Shown here piece by piece: positions 1 to 15,497 of a stretch of 64,000 bases of DNA. The translations under genes were made by a program, and so were the position numbers. This DNA is from Pelomyxa schiedti. Taxonomy: Eukaryota; Protista; Evosea. Positions within the stretch are counted from its first letter, which is position 1. Each line of letters starts with the position of its first letter. The notes beneath the pieces are model-generated. The model was not told the origin of the DNA. It did no database searches and saw only the letters and a list, made by a program, of their open reading frames with translations. Where the stretch lies: contig JAHLWZ010000573.1 of the NCBI GenBank assembly GCA_020536535.1, forward strand, positions 19,627-83,626, given 5' to 3'.

Positions 1-2528
<2,528 letters not shown>

Positions 2529-2904
2529 GGGCGCTGCTCTCATGTTTGTGTCTTGGTGTTCTTTGTATTTGTGAAATACACAAGCAAAAAGGATCTTCGC
2601 GAAAGAGAACACGAAAACATTCGAAGCCTTATTGTAAACCAATCCTACACCTTTTGACTATGAAGTTTCGCTGATTTCTCCGCTGTGGATATTTGGTACA
2701 TCTCTCAAATCACGTTCGAGGAACCGATTGCCAATCTTATTGAGATATTTTCCCCAAAATTGCGAAGTAGGGTAGGTCCCAACTTCCGCCGCCGTGGTAA
2801 CACGCACCCATTTTAATTAAGAGTTTGGAGGGTGATTCTGCCATTACTATCTGGCAACCACAGAAAAGAAGACGCCAACAAATCGTTAATCATAAATTCG
2901 GGAG

Positions 2905-5900
2905 TCAGGAATCAGATGTCAGCAAGGTGCGAAGGGTGTGTACACAGGCAGGGTCAGGGGTGTTCAGCAGTTCAGCCATCAGACACAAGATTGAGTGAAA
3001 GGCCAGGAGCGTTGCATTGCTCCATTCACACACACGTATAGCTTCCCTCAGAGCTACAAGGGCTTCAGATTCTGTTTGAAAGTAAGTTGGTATACATAAA
3101 ATGAAATGAATTGCCTGGTATGTTTTTTATCAGGTCAAGGACGTAGGCCAGTGAGGAGTTTCTTACAAATTCCCCACGAGCATTTTCAGTGAGATTTGCA
3201 TATTCTAGGGTGAAACGCTCCCAACTGTCGCGACTTCGTGAGTATTTCCGTTAAACGGGAAAGGGATCACACTCATCGTTGGCCAGAACGGCAGACCAAA
3301 TTCCGCCAATCATTTCTTGCCGTGATTGTTGATCAGTAAGCTGGCATTGACTAGTCACATTGTGTAGAATACCCAACAAAATCTTACTGTTGTTGAATTA
3401 CTCCACAGAGATAGTGCATCTAAGAAGAGGGCTTTATCACGTCTCTTAGCTTGCTGGTCGAGAACCTCACTGCATACAAATAATCAGAAGAGAGCTCTGT
3501 AGTATACTATACCTAACAAGGGCGGATGCGGTTATCGGGACTGATAGCTGAGGGCAGTATTGCTTCTGCAGCCTGAGCAAAAGTAGTCTTTCAGTAAGTA
3601 CTTGAGGGATGTGAGGGAAAAAGGGTGATGGTTCAATCATTCATAGAACCTTCCTGTGTACCGCTTCCGCTGGCGATGGCTGAAAGAAACGCTAGGCTCG
3701 ACAAGGACTGGATAGTATAAGTCTGCAATTGAAGTTGAATTTTTCGCATACCTGAGCCCGTGTAAAAAACTTATCTTCTGTACTGGAAAGCATAGAAAGT
3801 GTACGAGCGGCGGAATCAAATTTATTTAAGTAAATGTCATGCACCCAGGAAAGTTGTGGGTGCCTGTAATGGGGTCAACTAACTCCTTTTAATAAGGTAC
3901 CTTTCAAGAAATCCTGATAAAACTGTAGGGTGCCTTTCACCAAAAGCGATTAATTTAGCGCGAAGTCCTTTTTAAATAAGACAGGCAGCAAAAAGGGGTG
4001 TGAAACCTGTTGTGGAATCCAATAGGTTTTTCAAATAGAATTCGGTAAATGCAGCCCCAAACGTGTGGTAATAACTGTCGATTTCCATGTCTGAGGTGCA
4101 CATTTGGAGTAGCAGGCCAAATTCCTTTGAACAGTGGTAAACGGAAAGCAAAGCATACAAAATTACTTACTTGGAAGTCTACTGCTAGTTTTTTCGCCAT
4201 TTCTACTTGCTTTGATGCGTAAAGGGTTTGTATCATGTTATAACGGTGTTCTTCGAAGGTATGGTTTGTGTTCAGGGGCAACATAGAATCTCTATATGAA
4301 GTCATGTGAATAAATTTGACACATGCCAACGAATAAAATGAATGATGGAAAACCTGAGAGCAGTCAGCAAAAAATCACACAGTTTGTAGTAGTGTTTAAA
4401 AATTTCGTATTGAGTGATTTCATCTGGGGAGGGCTCAGTGTAGAAAACACAGTCGTAGAACAAACTTGATTTTTCCAGAGAAGCCTTAGTTAAGAAACGA
4501 CCATTGCATTCACAGAGAAGTTCCAACGCGTGCACGATATTTGGGTCGTGCAGAAGTGCCACTATGTTTGGTTGGGATCTATTTTTTCCACGTGTGGACA
4601 GATACCTGGCTTGACTTGCGGTAATGACATTGCACGGAACTCCAGGAGCATATGCTGAAAATACGTCAAAAGAAAAGGTCACAGAATCTTGGGTAGTTAC
4701 CACAAAGATTTTATTTGCTGTGCCAATTATGGCAGACTGCAGTTCTGTCACAGGTGATAAATTTTTGGCTATATACGGTAATATCTCGTCAATTTTTGTA
4801 GTCTAGTGAAAAAGTGAGACCATATTCTTACTCCTGAAATCAACTTGTGTGTAGAAGATTTCTTGAAGAGGAATTCCCCGCCTCAAATTTGTCCAGTTTT
4901 GCGTCACAGAGTGTATAGAATTTACTAGATACTTGATGGCAGCTGTCTCTTTCCTTTTGGTGAGTCAGTTTAAAGACAGTTATGCAACTCAACTTATTCT
5001 CGAGGTCATTGTGCAGTATTCTCAATTGATAGGCTGCCCTTAATTTCTGGAACACGTTACACTACTTAGTATCAGGAAAAAGTACTTGATTGTGAAGCTG
5101 GATTATGCCAGGTACTGTACCAGAACGGCGAAATAAAAGGTTCAGCAGAAAGTTATGTTGTTTCACCTTCCTTTCGATATGAGTCAATGGGAAGAGCACT
5201 GGCGCGGAATCTGTAATATAAAGTTGACAGGCTTCTCCACAAAATTCTTACCTTCGACCTGTGAACTAGCCCAAGCAATCGTTGCTGTAGGCGCGGAAGT
5301 GTCAGCAATTTTTTGGCTACAAGAGATAGCCGCGCGTTCCAAGACATCCAAGGCAGGAACAAGAAAACTTTCATCCTACTTGAGTGTTTGTGACCTGCGA
5401 TTTCAAAGGGTGATACTACCTCGCTTGCGATGGCCCTCAAGAGTATTTCAGTGAATTCGTCGTCAGATCGCTGTGATGCAGGAATTGAGGGAATTTCTGT
5501 TGGCCTGATGGTCGTTCGCGGAAGCAATGCCAGGGGGGCGGCTACTAGCCCTTCAGGCAGTGTGGATTGAGATTGATTGTCTGCACTTGAAAGCCTGCTC
5601 GAGGTAGTAAGTGAAAAAATTGTACCTATACTGGGATTACACACATAGAAGAGGGGATAATGCCAGAAGGAGTTAAAAAAAAGCACGAGCCTTGATATAA
5701 ATAACCACACAAGGATTTGAATACACTCCTCCTATCGTGAGGGTAGAAAGCAATTGTGAAAGGAAGAGTTTACCTCCGGAAAGAAATGGAACGGTGCATG
5801 TGATCACCTTTTCACAGTGAGATATGGCTAACTCTACACTTTGAATACCTTTAAAAACAAAGACTTCTTGGGGTGTATGAATGTACAGATTGCCAGTTTC

Positions 5901-7357
5901 ATCGATAAACATCCCCACTTCAGATCCCTTTAAATAGTGATGTGGAATTCTTAAGTACTAGAGTGTACCTCAGATATTTCAGGCTCACAGTTAGGGAGGT
6001 CAAGAGACACAATAAACTTTACAGCTCCAGAAAATTCCAAAACCGCGACATGGAACATGTGTTTGTGGGCCTGTGTCTCAACTTCATACAGGCAGTATAG
6101 AACGTGGGCATTGGATTGCGGAAAGACAGAAAGGTGATGCAAGGTTACAGTCACATTAGCTTCGTGATTACTCTTAAGCTTAAGAAGGAGGTCGATATCA
6201 GAAAGGAACTATCAAAAGTAAACAGGGCGTCACATATAATCACTTTCCCTACTTCAATTTGCGGCTGCAACTTCCATACTCGAACATAACAACTCGTGAG
6301 AACCACCAACCTGAATGGGTTAGACAGCAAAGGGTTACATTGACATACAGCTGTGTGGAGTCGGTAGTATCAATAGATACCATTGATTTTACTTCTAGCC
6401 TTGTTTCTACCCCAGTTGCTCTGGACAATACGGGAATCTATACTACAATTACAACCACTACCACAATGATATACAGAGAACAGGAGGAACTAGGCTGCTC
6501 CAGCTCCAGATTTTTGTTTCCATAGGAACCGCAGATTTTCTGTCAAGTAAAACTTTACTGACGGAGCCATCTGTGCTACCAAGGAAACATGACGTTTCCT
6601 ATTGTAAATGAGAGACCAGCCAACAGCAACAAATCAGTGATAACATACCAGGAACCGTAAAACACAAAAGGAAGATTTGGACTTGGGTAGTATTGTAAAG
6701 GTGGAAACAAGGTCTGGTGCGTTTACATCAGGCCAGTATGAGACACATCCTTTTTGTCACCTTCGGTTTAAGAGGGAAAGAGAAGACAAAAAAAGGGGGA
6801 GTACCGCTAGGAGTGCAAGCCACTAATCCAATTACGTGGCCAGACTGACGGGAATAAGCTGGGAAAAGAAAAAAAGAAAAAGGCAAACCTTGGTAAAGGT
6901 TGTGAGTTTGGGATGTATTTTTTCTGTGTAGGGTAATCGAGATATGATTCTGTCCTAAAGAAAGAATGAGTTCAAGGGTGAGAAGCTTTTACCAGACATT
7001 GGCCTGTTGAAAGATAATAAGACTAGACCGCTCAACGAGGACATAGCCCAGACCCGCGACACACGTCCCTTGTGTAGACGTGAGACGTCATACAAGGGGA
7101 ATAAATAAAAACATACCCGAGGGGGATATTTCGACGAGGGCAGGGGGCAGCGGAATGACACCGGTATTGGTCGGCGATGTGTCGACTTCCATTGTACTGG
7201 TTGTTGTTGTGGATGACTGAACGGGGGTTTGTATGGGGGGTGCTATGGGCGTTGACGGGACACGCGCTGGAGTTGTGATTGTGGTCATTAGTGGTGTCGC
7301 CGGTGCATTGCGCCACAGTTGCCCGGGTCTCACTGGTGTTCGTGGTACACCACTCAT
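2905..7357 (-). CDS. NUP133: Nucleoporin Nup133-like protein (multi-exon)
   Basis: Low-complexity TP-rich N-terminus, beta-rich middle exons and a helical C-terminus. AKKLAVDFQEFGLLLQMCTSDMEIDSYYHTFGAAFTEFYLKNLL resembles the Nup133 LAEKYxDFxxLVxxC...Y...F...F..FL block. The last exon ends LRTLLTSDS* at 2905. Confidence 0.65.
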
Positions 7358-7632
7358 TTTATCCCGCAATAATAGATCTGACATCAAACTGTGTGAATTG
7401 TTAGGGAATTGAAAAGGTAGGACTCACAGCCTTAAGCCACCTACCCCCAGAACGAGGGAGTGGGGCAAGCATAAGAGAGTTTTTGCCCATTCGCCTGAAG
7501 AGTCCGGTTATGCGAACCTAAAAACCTCCTCATTTCTCTAGAAATGCACCCAAAAAAAACACAACATAACCCTTCGTTTGAGGAGCAAAACAAAAGAAAA
7601 AAACAACAAATAAAAAACAACAAGTTACAGCA

Positions 7633-8404
7633 ATGCGCACACGAACAGTAGGTCCCGGAGGCTCCGGAAAGACCAACTCAACGCTCGACCCCGGCAAAAT
7701 GTGTGTCTAATTAACGTGCTTCGTTGTGTTTCTAACAGTTCATCGGCAGGTACGGCACGAGTCCCACAAACACTGGGTACCGTCGCTCTGGTACTGCTGC
7801 TGGTCCTGCTTCTTCGCATGGCAGCTACACATCCACGCTCGACATGGGAAAGAACATGCCCTCGGGAAACACGGCGTCGGGCTACAGAATGTCAGGTTGG
7901 ATCGCGATCACCATTTCTTCTTGCTTCTGACATTTGCCAAAGGAACTGCAGCTGGACCCGCCTCGTCGCATGCCAACTATACCGCCACTCAAGATATGGG
8001 CAAGAACTTACCGTCTGGAAATACCGCTAGTAACAATCAGCCACAGTTTTGTGTTATTTGGCTTACGAGTTCTTACTTAGGTGGTTACCGCAGGTCCGGT
8101 GATGTTGCTGGTCCCACTTCATCCCACGCAACTTACACTCCTACCCTCGATCCAGGTTTGTCCGATCCCAATGTATTATAAGCTCACTGTCGCAGGTAAA
8201 ATGATGGTGGTGTCTGGTGGGTGCAATACATCTTTGGAGGAACCCGAAATTGACCCCAACGCCGAAAATCCGGAACAAAACCCGAACGAACCCAACAACG
8301 AAACTCCGTCTGAGACACCATCAGAGACCCCCACCGAGACTCCCTCTGAGCACCCTACAGAACCAACTGAAACACCCGCAGAGCCCACACCATCCGACTC
8401 CTAA
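7633..8404 (+). CDS. Small tandem-repeat protein (~35-aa GYRxSGxxAGPxSSHxxYTxTxDxGK repeats) with acidic EP/TP tail; not shown as one ORF in the track
   Basis: Four GT-AG introns join the frames to give MRTRTVGPGGSGKTNSTLDPGKMYGTSPTNTGYRRSGTAAGPASSHGSYTSTLDMGKNMPSGNTASGYRMSGTAAGPASSHANYTATQDMGKNLPSGNTASGGYRRSGDVAGPTSSHATYTPTLDPGKMMVV...PTPSDS*. Repeat periodicity is preserved across the splice junctions. Confidence 0.75.
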
Positions 8405-8470
8405 GGGGTGGATTGTAACGAAAGGAAAACCAAAAACTTTTGCCTCCTGTATTAATTGGCTTTTCTCTAG

Positions 8471-11400
8471 CTACTCTGTATCCCCTGGTGCCTGGCTGGA
8501 GTTGTCATCCTCGGTAGACGTACTGGTTGTTGTATTGGTTGTTTCTATTGAAAGTGCTGTTGTGTCTGTATGGGCATCTGAGCTTGATGTCGTTACACTA
8601 GTAGTAGCTGTCTCCGGGTTTTCTGTTTCCGCTCTTGAGGAAGTGTGCAGACCGCGGAGAACTTTGGTTGACGGGAAGTATTTTAGGGCCAGAGCATTAA
8701 TCTAAACGGTGGGTGGAATTTTATGTTACTTTTTAGTTACCTTGTCAGTGAGTTTTGTGGCTTTTGAAGACATTGCCTTTGTCACCGTTGATGATATTGC
8801 TTCGCATATACGTGTGGAGAAAAGGGCTGGGCGTCAACAGTAAGTATAAACACAACCACTCTGGAAGAACCTAAGACCCAATTATATAGACGACTAGCTT
8901 TCGAATCCGCCACATGCATGTCAAGGTGAGTTATTTCCAATTCCAATCTACTCAGAGTGATAGCCGGTTTCCCTCGCTGGAGAAAGTCACAAAGGGAAAA
9001 AAAAAAGAGTATTACCTCATCGAAATCAATGCCAAATCCCAGGTACCATGAACTCCCCAGTATCTCAGCACTTTTTGGTTATTACTACATTAATTATTTC
9101 TTTCCCTAGATGGAAGAAATACAAAGCAGAGCCAGAGTCAGAAATACGAGGCCAGGTGTGTTTGTTATACTTCCTATATTAATAAGTGTATTGGTTTTTT
9201 TCCCCCGGGAGTAGAAACCATGAGAAACTCCTTATGTGTGCGTCGAAATTGAGAACTGACAGTGTGACCAATTTTGTTACTGTGAAAAGTTAAGTACTTT
9301 CCTTATAAAGGTTATACCTTTGTCATAATCGAGATTTACATTTTCAGGTAATAAATCAAGGCCAGAAAGTACGATATCCCTGTGTATCAACTTAACTCAT
9401 GTCTCAGAAGAGTAAAGGAACCAGATTTCGTATGAAACCGAACCAAATGCAGAGTCCTTTGAACCAGAGATGGGAGGTATTTTGACAGTAATTATGTGTT
9501 CAGTGATAAAGGGAATAATAACTAAGAGTGTTAAAAGAAAGGAAAACAGTTACGAATTGCCTTGTTTCATATCCATTAGAAATCTGTACGGCTATTACTA
9601 CTGAATACGGATGCACTTGTTTAACTGTTTATTTTCTATCAGGAGTTCATGAAACTGTTCTCGAGTTGCCACATCGATAATCATTTGTTTTGTATGCTCT
9701 ACAAGCGTTTTAACCTCGGGAGTTCGAGAAATCTGTTTCACCACGTTTTTACCCTGATGTTTGAAATTAAGGAATATGACTTAAGAGTTAAATCAACATG
9801 GTGGATGATTTTTCGGCTTCTCTCATTAGACATAATTCCACAAACAAGTTTATGGCCCTTGGAAATTAATTCCTAACGCGATAAGAAAAAGAAGTGAAGT
9901 CAGCTCTTCCTACCTGTGCTTCAGGATCAGAAGTAGCTGAACTAGCACGTGCCACAATCTTATCAAATTTTTCGGACTTCCCGTCAGTTTCTGTGGAAGA
10001 AATTTAATTGAAACAATAGAAGAATGAACAACCTTCAATTTCATCAACAACATCTGTGACCCACCGTTTACCATCAGTTAGTATAGTCCCCATATTTACA
10101 TGCTCTTCACCATCACCACTGAGAACCGACTTCGTGTGTTCTTCCTGAAGGGATTGAATAAAACTCTAACTGCAGGCATTTATACAAGTAGGCTTTTAAG
10201 AATTTTTTTGGTTTCATTCAACATCTTTAAAGTATCGGTAGCTGCCATGAATGAGAGATAGTAATGTATTCTTCTGGGACTACCTTTCAAATCATCAAGA
10301 AATTTCCCTCCCTCTTCCATGAGAGGCTGAAAAGAGTTTATGAAATAATTCTTCCTGGTTTTCTTCCAACCTTTAAGGTTTCACTAATTTCTGGATCAGC
10401 CTGTAGAATAAATTCTTCAAGCCATTTCTTCCGTTCAAGCCATCTTTTCTTGTTAAATTACGCAATTGAACTGAAAAGATTATACTTCTCCTTGTGGCGT
10501 TCCTGGGCTCGTACTTCTGGGAGCCAGTTTCGGATGAAACTTTCGATTTAATAATAAGAATGTTACCTCGTAAGGCAGACCGCGCAAGATCGATCAATGA
10601 TTCACATTGGGGATCGTCACTGAATCTTTCAGCTATTGGCAATGAGTTGGTAGAGTACAATAATAACTTTACCAAGATTTTTACTATGTACAAGTATTGT
10701 TTCAATTTGTGAGGGTTCTATTGTCGCATTTGAATCTTTCTGGAGAAATGGTTAAGTTCAAGATGGAGTGAATAACTCACAAGGCATCTCAGAAAAATCT
10801 TTCCTTCATTGAATAGCTGGGAGTACTCAGGATTATCTTGAATCTTCGTAAGAAATTCCTCTCCTTCTGCCTGTAACTTTTGGGCTTGCTCACTACTCTG
10901 TGAAGAGATTAAGAAAGATATTTTTGAAATAAAAGACTGCCTTCCATTCAGCAAGTAAAAGTTGTCCTTTTTCGATTAACACCTTTGTCTCCTCTTGCTT
11001 TTTTATCACTTTCAGTAGCTTTTTCGCGTCCTGAATGGATTAGAAAAGCAAATACTTATATGGATACCTGTGCAATGACCTTGCCTCGCTGTTGGTAGAT
11101 AGTATCAACAAATTGTTGATTTCGTCTTACCACAGCATGTGTTCTGTCATAGACTCTTGTTTGTTTTATGAGATAAGAGTTTTGTAAAAAATCAAAGAAT
11201 GTGAGTACTCTCGTTTGGTTGGAACATAGGCTTCTTCATCAGTCGACGCATCGTTGCTTTCATCACTAGAATCGCATCCGCTCTCAGAATTTGTTTCCAT
11301 GGATCCATCTGGATTTATACAAGGAGGTTCCGTGGTGGTGGTGGTAGTCTTTGCTTTGGGCTTTTTTGGTAAAGTGGGTGATTTGATAGCCGTTGACAAA

Positions 11401-11594
11401 AGTGAAGCCAACTCAACAAAACTCATGTTAGTGGCTGCAGCTGAATCCATCGTACATGTTGTGGTTGTGGTTGTAGTAGTGGTTGGTACTGTTACAGTTT
11501 GTACATTACAGTCGCTCGGTTCCTCAGTCTCGGTGGTCGGTTCCGTGTTTGCGTGTACTACGTAAAGATGAGATCTCTCGCCCTCATCTTGCAT
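8471..11594 (-). CDS. HAM1-like / BPI(TULIP)-like domain protein, multi-exon
   Basis: Thr-rich N-terminus and helical middle, then FITEHIITVKIPPISGSKDS...DIVLSGLDLLPENV...LSVLNFDAHIRSFSWF...WPRISDSGSA...LELEITHLDMHVADSK..WLYNWVL. This pattern resembles HAM1/DUF5923-type BPI-like domains. Stop at 8471. Confidence 0.45.
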
Positions 11595-11857
11595 CTTCCT
11601 TCTTCTTTACAAGCTTCAAAGTCAAACTGGTTTCCCTCAACGATGCAGGCAACGACTGTCACTTAAAACACCGACTGATGTTTGTAATACGTTGGCCTTC
11701 TCTCCCGTCGCGTAGCGACAAAGTCGTAGTTACGAGACTAGTGCTATACAGCTAAAAAAAGACGCCACCAACTTTGTGAGACTGTTCGAAATCAAAAACC
11801 TTGGTGGCCTCGCCTCAAAACAACAAACAAAAAACAAAAACCAACACCGCAACACAC

Positions 11858-14724
11858 ATGAAACGAGTACTCCCACCCGGCGTTGTTGGTGGTGGCGCCC
11901 CTATTCTGACGGGATACCCCCCGCAGCCGAATTACGGAAACATGGGCCCGCCGCGATCTACGTGTGCGCCGATGGGCGGACGCGGCGTCAACGCGATGCC
12001 ACAGCCTCCTCCGCAGCCCACGCCTTCCCCCTATGGGATGGCGGTACAGCCGGGACCCATGCAGGTGCCGCCGGGGTCGCAATACGCGTACGGTGCTACG
12101 GTTGCTGTTGACGTGCAGCAGCCGCAGAACTACGGAGGGAGAATGGCCCCGCCACCGGGTATGTACCAACCACCGCAACCGGGGCAGGGGACGCGCCCAG
12201 GAGTTATGCAACAGCCAGGAACAATGCAACAACCCCCAGTAACTTCTTCTATGCCGATGGTGCCACCAACTGGAGGAAGTGCTTTCCAACAGATTGGCGC
12301 ACGCCCGGGGGGGGGACTACAAAGCAATATACCTTCTTACCGGCCGCCCAAAGTTGCATGGGAGCCACCAGAGGACGAGCAATCGATGTTTCGCTGCCCA
12401 CTGTGTGTAAACGTACTCGAAGACCCTGTTGAGCTAGATTGTTCGTGCAAGTGTGTTGTTTGCCAACAATGCGCAGGGTCCCTCAGTGCAATGGCTTATC
12501 TCGTGGTATCCATCTCTCAACGTTCTCCTCTTTCACACCTTCTTAGGATCCCCAAGCTCCTATTCCATGTCCAACTTGTTTGAAGCCTGTGACTGTGGAA
12601 AAGTGTATTGAAGCGAAGGAGACAAAGGAAGGGCTACCAAGCTGGAAGGAAGCCCAGGTACCGGAACGTGTTAGTATCCCTCTTTCGCCCTCTAAACAAC
12701 CAAGGCCAAACGCCACCTCTGCGCATATGAGTGTGGGAAGGCCACAATTCAGTGCTCAAATGATCACAATCTATTTTGTAGTACGGAATGCTTTAATCGT
12801 TTTCATGGCGAGATACCAGCTTACCTCCGAACTAGACACAAGGTATGACAAATAGGAGTAACCGTGTTCTTAATAAACATAGGCTCAAACCTATGTCCCA
12901 ACAGAAGAATCCCAAATTATGGTTTTTCTGCCTACCCCCCTCCCCGTTCTACTAACAGCCATCTTCAGTGCACTGCACACTCCAGTGCGATGTGCGATTT
13001 GTTTTGCATGCAATGCAACGGTTTGATTTGTACGCAGTGCGTAATGCCTACTGGCGGTCATGCTGATCATCCATGTGCTCGTGCGTTCGACATGATTGAG
13101 GATAATTTGAATGTTATATCACCTGCCGGTACGTCAAGTCAACTTAACACGGGGAATGGAACTATGGGCGCTTTTAAAAAAATTGTGGAAGACGAAGCTG
13201 TATGTATTGCCGCCATTGACCAGGAAACACTTCAAGTTGAGCAGGTAGTGCATGTTCATCACTTTCCCTCTTCTGAGTTTTTCAGGTAATTCGAGACCAC
13301 CGCTCAAATCTTATGTCGGCATTCAAAGAATTGCAAGATGCCCTTTCCAAGCGTATGGCTGAACAAGAGCAAGAGATTGCTAATCTTGAAAAAGAGACAA
13401 GTACATAATCTTTTCCAACAAAACCACTAACAGTCTGGTAGAACAATTCCTTGCCGACCAGAAGCAAGCTCTACAAATAGCACACAGCTCTCACAGGAGA
13501 CTAACTGAGGTGGAAGCAGAACTGGGATGCAGGAATTTCCTAATCTTGAAACTTACCCGTTCTCGTTTAGACACGCTTCTGAGTGTATGCGTAAGTCCAT
13601 CTACTCCAAACCCTAACTAGTCTAGGAATTCGAAAGGGGTCGTGACCGGGCGCTCACGCCATGTAAACAAGCAAGTTTTATCAGTGTAGGGGCTGATCAC
13701 AGTCAACTACTTCGTGATATTAAGGCATTTGGATATTTGGGGTATATCCGACAACCTCTGCCTCTGAATGTGACGGCTTCTGAGCTTACTACTTCAGTGG
13801 AGACACGGAAGTCGTCTTTTCACCTCCAGTGGGTACCGCAGCTGCTCGACAAGGAGAACGACAAAGAAAAAATAACAGACTACGAAGTCACAGTCTGCTA
13901 TTTTGACTCTCAACGTCAAAAGCATCGCGAAGATAAAGCGGTGACTGTAACAGTTCCCGAGTTTAAACTATCCGATGTATGTGCCGGCCTGAACTTCACT
14001 GTACAAGTAATAGGCCACAACGCAGCGAGAATGCCCACACCTCCCCTTCAAATCCCTATTTCTACGACAACCATTCGCGCGTATAAGACACTCCTGGCTG
14101 ACGAGGTAGATGTTCGAACTCCACCATGTTCAGAGACAGGCACAGTTCAACCTTTCCCTTTCACTGCAGCCAGCACACCTGATAATTTGCTGAAATGGTC
14201 CGGCAAACTCGCTGCTCCTGACGGGTATGTTCCCTTCGATTTTGTAGCTGCTCCCAAAACTCTAAAATGCAGGTCGAATGTAGATTTTAGTCTTCAGATG
14301 GACCCTCGTCATCCAAGTGTTGGCCCTACAATTGTGTTCTCACCTGGGGTTATACAAAACCCTATTGTCGACCAAACCGGCAAATTCATAGAGCAGTATC
14401 ACCAGTACCTCTCTGATCAATTTGCTGCTGGTCCATCTTTGGTTTCCTTCCTGAAGCTGGTACACAGCTTGGTTTTCCCTGCACAAGAACCTGTGGCTGA
14501 CAACCAACCACGTAAGTGCCTTTGACAGTACCTGGTATTGTTGACCTGTTATAGGTGGGGGACATGAGTACACTCAAATGGGAACCGGGGACACCTACCA
14601 AGAAGGGTATCCACCACAACCCTACCCAGGGGACCAGCAACAATACACACAACAAGTTCAACATATGCAACAGTTCCAGATGCCACCAGGTGTTACAATG
14701 CAACCAGGTGCTAATCGATATTAA
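11858..14724 (+). CDS. TRIM-like E3 ligase: P/Q-rich - RING - B-box x2 - coiled coil - FN3 - UEV-like - P/Q/Y tail
   Basis: RING CPLC...CSCKCVVCQQC...CPTC; first B-box CAYEC...C...C..CFNRFH; second B-box CTAHSSAMCDLFCMQCNGLICTQC...HADH. Then heptad-rich exons and FN3 (LQWVPQ...ITDYEV...FTVQVIGHNAA). A final exon after the intron at ~14512-14554 ends GANRY* at 14724. Confidence 0.85.
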
Positions 14725-15497
14725 CACACCTCATTTCCTACTTTTTTTGGTGTGCACCTCAGCCCAATCTCCAAAGTCCAGCTCTGTCCCCTTACCCACA
14801 AAAAATACAAGGCAATCTGATCCTCCTTTCAAAAATATGCTGGGAAAAAATTACACATGCTTTCCCAGAGCCCGGTTACTGTTGTAGCTGTAACTTTTTA
14901 ACGGCCCTCCCGCGAACGTTGGATAACCGAAATGTGTTCCATCAGAAGCTTCCACACCTTTTTTGCACACCAAATCAAACCAAGAGATCGACACAATGAG
15001 CCTGAGGTTTTGCAGGGTACAACTTACAGAGGGGTGTATAAGACACTTGGGATGGTTCGACAGCAGCATACATGGGAGCTGAGTACCAGCGAGGGTTCCA
15101 CTTGATGGTTACCGTTATAACGAAAGGCTTTTTTTTCCCTCTTTCCAGTGGGGTCTGTGTCGTAGATCCGGCACTGTCGCTGTTGCTTGGGCAGTACTCC
15201 CTGATTAACAAGGGAGCAGGGCCGGCACGTCACCGCTCACAGTTAGATGGGCGTCGTGTGTACGGGCCACAAAGGAGAAAAAAAAATAGGATTCTGCTAA
15301 GAGATGGTGCCAGTCCCATATGTGTATCCGTGTGTGGATCGTTTTTAAAGGCTACAAAGTGAATTTGGGAGTGATTGTTTGGGTTCTACTTCTACAATCC
15401 TAGGAAATCTACATTTGGTCTTTCCCCAATGGCTGAAGTCAGGGATAAGATCTACCATAGAGATCCCAAAGGGCATGCACAAGTTTGTACAAGATGT

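Noticed and set aside
7701-8030. ORF with a hydrophobic VALVLLLVLLL stretch suggesting a membrane or secreted peptide
   Set aside because: Shadow frame of the spliced repeat protein; it starts inside an intron at a non-ATG codon.
14730-15490. Relatively long spacer with short hairpins (CTGGGAAA/TTTCCCAG, CTCCCT/AGGGAG) and several short ORFs
   Set aside because: No recognisable protein or RNA motif, and the stems are short and not nested; insufficient support.
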